A DNA stretch of 47,550 bases, the filler included, from Circinaria calcarea (Eukaryota): assembly GCA_051942165.1 (NCBI GenBank). It is 2 parts of 2 records of this genome, joined end to end, with 100 filler letters (N's around TTAATTAATTAA, not from the genome) between each part and the next. Parts side by side here need not be neighbours in the genome. Positions count along the whole stretch, not along the records: positions 23,882 to 47,550 come from JAVECS010000117.1; 1 more part is not named here. One strand, given 5' to 3'. Below the pieces are notes generated by a model, which had not been told where the DNA came from, ran no database searches, and saw only the letters and a list, made by a program, of their open reading frames with translations. Shown here piece after piece: positions 40,059 through 47,550 of the stretch; positions within the stretch are counted from its first letter, which is position 1; each line of letters starts with the position of its first letter. A program made the translations under genes and the position numbers.

Positions 40059-41211
40059 ATGGATAACCTTTGGCAGCGTCGTTCGAAGTATGTTTGCTAC
40101 CTCCGTATCCCAGACCAAGCATTCCTAACTTTTGCGCCTTAAGCTCTAGCAAGCTCTCTCTTACAACTTCAAACCCTACTCCTAACAAGGACAGTACAAA
40201 GTCCGATTCTCCGCGTACTTTCTCGGCCGCCAAACGATTCGGGGGTGACTCATCCTCGCACGGCAAATCGAATCCTTTCAGCGCCATCTCCCCGTCCACC
40301 ACCACCGGCATAGCTTCTCCCACTGCCGGTGCCTCTTCTGCCTTTGGTCTGGGAACCGGCGCCTTTGCTTCCTTTGGTTCAGCGGTTAAGACGCCGAAGA
40401 CACCGGGCACTGCGCTTGAATTTGGGCCCAGCGTAAGTCCTGTGGCGGACAGAAGGGAGAAAGAATGCGAAAAGGAAGCCAACGGAGAGAGGGTAAAGCC
40501 CCGTGCCTCTTCGTCATCTTTGGCTAGTAAGACATCGGGAACCATCACAACAGACCACCCTCTAAAGTCAACGTGGATTGTATGGTACCGGCCTCCAACG
40601 TCCAAATACTCGGACTACGAGAAGTCTACTATAGCTCTGGCGTCCTTTGCTACCGTCGAGGCCTTCTGGACAGTGTACACACACCTTAAACGACCTTCAA
40701 CTTTACCTTCAGTCTCGGACTATCACATATTCAAGAAGGGTATTCGACCAGTGTGGGAAGATGAAGAAAACAAGAGAGGTGGCAAATGGATTGTAAGGTT
40801 GAAGAAGGGTGTGGCAGATAGGTACTGGGAAGATCTGTTGCTTGCCATTGTTGGCGATCAGTTTGCCGAGGCGGGCGAAGAAGTTTGCGGTGCTGTACTG
40901 AGTGTTAGGAGCGGCGAGGATGTGCTTAGTGTCTGGACGAGAATCGATGGTGGAAGGAATATCAAAATACGGTACGCTCTTCTCTGGCGACTGGCTGCTC
41001 GTACTAATTCAGCTATAGTGAAACCATTAAGCGTCTGTTGGCCTTCCCCCCCGACACCAATATTGTCTGGAAGAGCCACGATGACAGTATCGCTCAGCGC
41101 TCCGCTATCGATCAGGTGCGCCAAGAGAAAGGTACCGGAACCGGGTCACATGCAGCCAAGCGACGAGACACGCTTGTGGAAGAGTCAGCCCCCGACAGAT
41201 TTAAAACTTGA
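40059..41211 (+). CDS. Translation initiation factor eIF4E family, class II (4EHP-like); three exons (introns 40088-40143 and 40972-41018)
   Basis: HPLKSTWIVWY, TVEAFW, FKKGIRPVWEDEENKRGGKW, CGAVLSVR; Tyr (SDYEK) at the Trp56-equivalent position; canonical GT-AG introns restore MDNLWQRRSN... and ...IRETIKRLLAFP. Confidence 0.92.
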
Positions 41212-42360
41212 CCACCGGTCAATAGGATGGTCACGTGAAATACGAGTACGATGACTTGGAAATGGGTGGACATCTGTCATCAGGCCGAATTTTGAATGCT
41301 TCCAACTTCTCATAGCGCAGCGTCATTCCCAGCGTTTCGATACCTTGTACATCACCTGTTATGCTGAATTGGATATCTGCAATGAATGCAGGTGAGAGTA
41401 TTTGATCTCACACCAAGGCATTATGTGAAGATCTCGAAGCGCCAGAGCCGGGCTGCAGCGGTGCTCCAGACTTTGCCATCGTCTTGATAGATAGTAGACG
41501 TGTCCATATTGCCCCTGTCCAGAGGTCATCTACCGTAACGGACTCCCATTTGTATCTTGTTGATTTGACGCCCTAAACCCTAAGCGAGTGCAAGGCGACG
41601 TCATAACCAAGGCTAACTTTCCAAACCTCAACCACTGAGAATCAAACCAATCCAGTAAACCCCTTTAGCTCTTAGATTCTGTAAGGCCTACTGCTCGTGA
41701 AGTCGACAATCTCACTCTGACTCGATTGTTCGTAGAACACAGTCTGTCGAATCACGGGCATGATCACCTTGTGCAATGCGCGGACACCCTCCCAACGCGG
41801 AGGCCCACCACTGGAGATCCACCGTACCACCGTCTGTTCTAGTAGCATACCACGGAGATGAACGAGGACGTGGTCGAAACCAAAACCTCATCTTTGGGTT
41901 GCGTACAGGTGCGTTATCCCGACTGCTTATTGGGAGCGCGACGTTTACCCCCAATGCCTATGACTTCTTCGGCAAAATCGCCGCACAACTTCACCTGTAG
42001 ACAAGGGACTAATCTCACATGCTTCCTGCAGGTTGAAATCCCACGTCCTCCGAGCGCAAACGAGAGACCGCCCACGCGAGGGAAGGATCAGACGTATAAT
42101 AAAAAGTTAGAGACCGCTCCCTAGATAAGCTGCTGATTCCTTCAAAGGCTTGCCAATGTTCAACGATCAACACCGAATAGTGCTGGAAAGTCCCAAAGGA
42201 CTGCTGTGGAGCGTCAGAGACTATTTCCCCGTTCTACTAGTGATATTGAGTAAGGTACCATCACACCTCTTAGCGGGCACTTGTTGACTAGAGTCTTCAT
42301 AGGGTTGATCCTGATGCTATACCTATAGCCCTACCAGGGAACAACTTTAGATTAGATGCT

Positions 42361-45300
42361 ATGCCGAAAGTCGTGGGTCTAGAGGAGCTTTCAGTCATAC
42401 CTACTCTTACTCATGCTTTGCAGAGTCGCGGGCGAGGACCCCAGCCTATGAATACGTTGACATTGGGCAGTCAAAAGGATCCATATATCCCAGCCAAAAC
42501 GTATACCAATGCTGCTACAGCCTCCAGAAGCACCTTCAAAAGACCGGTTCTTGGCCACCTTCCTACTAGACCTGTCATAGGAGATAATGTCCGTACTTCT
42601 GCACAACGGTCACCATCTGCGAACTTCGATGAAAGGCCCAAGAAGCGAGCAAAAATGCGTGATATTACGGTGTCGACAGAGGTTTTTACGGTCGAGGACG
42701 ATGATTCAGAAGAAGACGAGTTACTTAGCGATTCGAATACCATTAGAGTCGAGCGCCCGCAGGCATCGAAAAAGCGCACGTCATCAGACCTAAGCCATAA
42801 AGCTAGACCCTTGCTGTCCTCCCACCAAGGGAGACAAAGCTCTCAGGAATACAATACCGTCAATAACATAATGGACAGTAGCGGGTATCCACAGTACATA
42901 AAGGAGCAGAGACAGAAAGGCTCATTATCCCGAGAATCGTCTAATATGCCAAAAGCAACATTGGACCTCCCCGCCCCAGGCTCTAGTGCAGTGGATGAAT
43001 CCATAATGATTTCCAAAGCTCCATACAAAGGGACCGCACGGCCCAACGCTCAAGCCCGACCAAAAGATAACGGCCGTAACGGGGTCGTTAAGCGAATGCA
43101 AACTGAAGCAAGATCAAGGCACTTTGTTGATTCAATAAACACTAACGGCCATTCAGCTACCCACAACTTATCTACAGGGGACACAGGGGTAGCGCAGCAG
43201 CTTACTGAACCACAAAGTCCGCATCTACGTGAGCAGTTCATGTCAACTGAAGGGAAGCGGCGAGGCTCCGGCAGCTCTGATCCGCTTGCTGATGGGCCTG
43301 CTAAGTACGCAGAAGTTGTTAGAATCTCACCGCCGACGAGACCACCTACATCATCACTTCCACAACTAAGACCATCTACGGCGGTAGATCCGCGGTCATT
43401 GGAAGGCGATGCAGGATTGCCGAAGAGCAACATTCGGCCAACCAAATTCACAAGCTTAAGACCAAAGCAGCCTGGATTACTGTCTGTCTCTAAATTACCG
43501 AAGGGTGGTCGAATGGCTAAAACCGAGGGCTTTGCGTGCAAGAGCGCTTTCATTGACAGGCAATTTCTGCAGGGAGACAATATAGGACTAGTATTCGAAG
43601 ACAACGGCACAGACCTTGAGATTCACCAAGCAGGGGAAAATCTTACTCGACAATGCCCGAGTCTAAAGGTTCGAACTCAAAAGATCCGGAAAATAATTTG
43701 GTCAACAATGAGCCTCAAGATTCGCCTAGAGCTCTCGCAAACTGCGCATGAAGACCGCATAGTCGATCTCGAGCTCTCATCAGAGAAATACCGAACAGAC
43801 CTAATCCGAAAACTGCAGACTTGTGTTCAGTGTGGTGTGATAGAGAAGTCAAGGTATCCGAGTTCCAATGCATAATTCTAGGAAATTCAGCCCGTATACT
43901 AACAGTTAGTAGAGACACGATGGATAAGTTGTTTGCGAACAGATTGAAAGAGGAAGGTTTACATGACCGACAGAAAACACACTCCTACGAGGAACAAGAC
44001 AGCGACATTCAATTTATAACAAGGAAGAAGGAGCGGCGGGATGAGCAAAACCAAGCATCGATGGAGGCTCTGAGTGCGAAGCGCAGGCGTGTTAGCGACA
44101 AAGTCGCTGATAGGCTCCAACCGAACTACCAAGACCAGGTGTCGAGTACACAGTCCGTTCAAGGGCATGAGAAGGATCAAGCTGTTAGGAGTAGAGGAAT
44201 TGCTACGGAGACCAGGAGTTCATCCGGTATTGATGTTACGCTAACCAAACTCAACATTCACCCAATGCCAAACACTCATCTAACCCGCTCGAGGTTGAGC
44301 TCTCGCAGCGCCCAACACCAGGCTAGAGAGCTATCCCCTGAACTTAGCGACTTCCCAGAAGAACTTCGGTTTTCTGTCCAGCATGGCCTTGGAGCCCCTT
44401 GGAGAAAGCCTCTAGTATATCCGAAGGAGGGAAAGAAGAAAACAAGTGTTGATCAAAAGGACCTTGAACGTTTGGACGAAGGTCAATTTCTTAATGACAA
44501 TCTGATTGGCTTTTATCTACGCTATCTCGAGTGCGAACTTACAAAAAGCAGACCTGTTCTGGCAGGGAAAGTGTACTGGTTCAACACGTATTTCTTTGCA
44601 AGCCTGACTAAAACCGCTAGAGGTAAGAAAGGTATCAATTATGAGGCTGTGCGGAAATGGACCAGGGGAGTCGATATTTTCAACTATGAGTATGCCGTCG
44701 TTCCAATCAACGAATCAGCTCATTGGTATGTCGCAATCATCTGTAATCTTCCAGCTTTGCAACGCATTCCGGGCGATCCAGGAAGAGACAGTCCTAGCTC
44801 TCCGGCTTTTCATGAACTCGAAAGTCGTGAACAGGCGAACGATGAACGTGCCGGAGGCTCAATTGCGGACACAAAGCTGGATGAGCAAGATGCAAGTCAG
44901 TCTCTTGCTAATTTGGACTTAAACGACAGTAGCAGTATTCTGGATGTTGAAGAGCTGAAGCTTGTGGATCCTACGAACGATAATGGACAGGAAGATCCCG
45001 CAGCTCAACTACAAGCCGAGCTTTTACATGAAGGGCTGGGAGTGCTCGGAGACCAGCAGCATGGTCCTAGAGAGCAAGAAGCATTGGATCCATCCATTGT
45101 AGCTGCACTTCTTACAGGAAAAAGTCCCGCCTCCCAAAAGAAGTCCAAGCGGAAATCCATTCCGCCGATCAAAAGAATTGATCCAGATCAGCCTGCAATT
45201 ATTACGCTCGACTCTCTTGGCCTATCGCATCCCCCTACTATAAGGATCTTGAAAGATTACCTGTTAGCAGAAGCAAACGACAAGCGAGGTGGAATGCAGT

Positions 45301-46328
45301 TGGATGATGGACAGATCAAGGGAACGACAGCGAAAGGAATTCCACAACAAGACAATTTTTGTGATTGCGGCTTGTTTCTACTTGGATACATGGCTAAATT
45401 CGTGGAAGACCCCAGAGACTTCGTCCACAAAATTTTGCAGCGGGATTACAATGAGAAACGGGATTGGCCGAATCTAGATTCAAGTAAGATGCGTGAAGAC
45501 GTGCGAAATCTGATCCAATCTCTTCATGTTGAGCAGCATGCTCACAGTCCACGCAAAAGCATGGGAAGAGCCGATCCGCAAGGAGTTATCAGTACGGTAA
45601 AGACTCATTTACTCCTCAACAAGGACGAATCAAGAGAAGGTTCCTCGGAGAATACCAGCGGAAAGCGTGAGTCGGGGTTCGATGAAGTTGCACATACGAG
45701 ACCGCAACTCCCTCCGGTCAACATGCTGGAGGCCCCAGCTACTGCTTTAAGGGCTGATGACCCGATATCTCGAGCTGCCACACAGGAAGGCTTGGATCCT
45801 GCTTCAAGAATCGATGTTTCAAGGTCATCGACAATAAAGCAGGAAGCTTTGGCTCGTGTTTCCACCATTGATAGCAAGGAGCCCCCTACCACGAGACGTG
45901 AAGCTTTGGCCACTGCATTAGACGTTGATGAGGGACAGCCTCCCACCTCTAGGCCAAAGACTTTGGCTCCTGCTGTAAGTGTCGATGACCCTAAGCCTAG
46001 CCCGGAGATAAATGCAGAAGGTGTGAGAGATCGTTCAAACGGGCACTCGCGAGGCGTGCTAGTTGAGGCAGCGAATGTCGAGCCACCTTCCGTTGTCATC
46101 CTCGACAGTCAGCCAGAAGCAAACGAGTCCGCACAGCCGGATAGGGAATCGACAGCTGATGCCAAGTCATCAGAGCATAAACTAGAGCCTGAACTGGTGA
46201 CACCGTCACTTCCTCCTCGGCCAATGGCAATCATTTCATCATCGTCGAAAAAACGAAAGAATGTGAGAGAGGTTGCAGAGTCACCAGAGCGGAGGACTCG
46301 GACCACCATTACAATTGACGATAATTGA
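42361..46328 (+). CDS. ulp2: Ulp2-like SUMO/sentrin-specific protease (peptidase C48); at least two exons (intron about 43854-43912), 5' end uncertain
   Basis: LDEGQFLNDNLIGFYLRYL; catalytic His VPINESAHWY, Asp ITLDSLG, Gln/Cys PQQDNFCDCGLF; long disordered flanks. Confidence 0.85.
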
Positions 46329-47234
46329 TACCCTTTCTTGTTTCATGTGTCTTTTCATCCTCCAGACTCCACGTACTGACAGCTGTGTTAGGGGTATAGG
46401 GGATCACTGGGTTTTTGTACTTTAGCATAGCGTTGGCGCCATACCCCCATGAGCTGTTGGCTTAGCATTGCCCTGCCCGATAATATAGTAGAATGGCTCA
46501 ATAGATTAATGTTACAGCCCGGAAGCTCAAGATAGGTCGCTGAAGCCTGGAAATGATGACTCTGCCTACCTATGAAGCGCCTATCACTAGGTCTCTGATC
46601 AAGTTTCCTAGTGCAGTCCATATGTTAACTTCAGCGTTAACTTTCGAACACGTCAGTGCGCCATATCATTATACACTGCTCCACTACGCTCTGACGGTCT
46701 CAGCCGTTTGCTTTGACCAGGCAGCCATGATCAGAACTTTAAGCTTAGGTGGAATACTTATATAACTATGTACACGCTGTACAAGCCTTGCTGTTTCCCA
46801 TCCACTCTCACACAGTTCATAGAAAGCTTCAAGAGCATTCGCATCTCTATTATCGAATTTCAGCCAGAACACATCGACTCTCACCTTCTGCTTATCATTC
46901 CTATCTACACCTTGTATATCACAACCACAAGATCAAGTCGCTACGTATGAGAGTTTCCTTTCCCTACCATGTAAACCCCCCCCCGTTTACTCTTCTATAT
47001 TCTCTTGACGTTGCCATCCCTATTCACGCATCGGTCCTCAACCTTCAACCACTCACCTTCCCATCCCCCGTCTACCACCCGTCACCCATAGATCACCTTC
47101 CCCCCAGCCTACTAGCTGACTCCTTTCATCCCCTCATTTCCTTTCACAAACTCAAATCCACCCTCTCAAACATCCCGCACCCTATCCACTCTACCTAACC
47201 CATCTCTCCTCATAGCTGTTTTTCGCCAAAAGAA

Positions 47235-47550
47235 ATGCATCCCGGCACTCTCCTCCTCGCCGCCACGCTCACCACCGCCCTTCCCTTTCCGCCGCCGCTC
47301 AACCTCGACACGCCCTCCAAAAACACCACCACCGTTATCGCGGGCCCCGGACCCCAGGTCGAGATTTCACCGGGGAAGGTGCCGAGTCTGCCGTCGCCGG
47401 CGGTGGGCTCGTTGTTGGAGGGGGTGAGTGGGTGTGGTGTTGAGAAGTGGAGTTGGAATGGGACGACTGTGGTTGAGAAGGGCAAGAGCAAGGGGGAGAG
47501 GAATTGGAATGGGAAGGTGGTTGGGGTTGGGAGTAAGATCGGGGTGGGGA
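47235..47550 (+). CDS. 5' part of a possible secreted protein, truncated by the window end
   Basis: ATG 47235 opens MHPGTLLLAATLTTALPFPPP... (signal-peptide-like) with no stop before 47550. Confidence 0.35.
   Translation, partial: MHPGTLLLAATLTTALPFPPPLNLDTPSKNTTTVIAGPGPQVEISPGKVPSLPSPAVGSLLEGVSGCGVEKWSWNGTTVVEKGKSKGERNWNGKVVGVGSKIGVG

Noticed and set aside
40059..41211. Functional link between the fungal eIF4E and the element's capping enzyme
   Set aside because: They are on different contigs joined artificially; the eIF4E is a normal intron-containing host gene.
41571..41583. CCCTAAACCCTAA telomere-like sequence
   Set aside because: Under two full units and internal; compatible with chance.

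Overview
The window holds two unrelated contigs joined by an artificial 100-nt spacer (N44-TTAATTAATTAA-N44, 23782-23881). Left (1-23781) is a gene-dense, intron-free element with G/C at most third codon positions. Its first and last 141 nt are identical, so it assembles as a 23,640-bp circle (or a concatemer). It encodes a virus-like replication and transcription toolkit: a non-protein-primed family B DNA polymerase, an SF3 helicase, a UDG-like protein with substituted catalytic residues, a DEDDh exonuclease, two greatly shortened RPB1- and RPB2-like RNA polymerase subunits, a trifunctional mRNA capping enzyme and a TBP-fold protein. It also carries a family of small MC-x6-C-x2-[CH] Cys-rich proteins and several orphans. 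I recognise no capsid, integrase or terminal protein. It resembles a miniaturised Nucleocytoviricota-like or cytoplasmic virus-like replicon, possibly undescribed, and is the main finding. Right (23882-47550) is ordinary intron-containing filamentous-ascomycete DNA: a small spliced gene, a chromodomain/HDA2-3 protein, an FMO, a POT1/Cdc13-type OB-fold protein, a class II eIF4E, a Ulp2-like SUMO protease and a truncated ORF with a signal-peptide-like start. All assignments come from reading motifs by eye; no searches were run.
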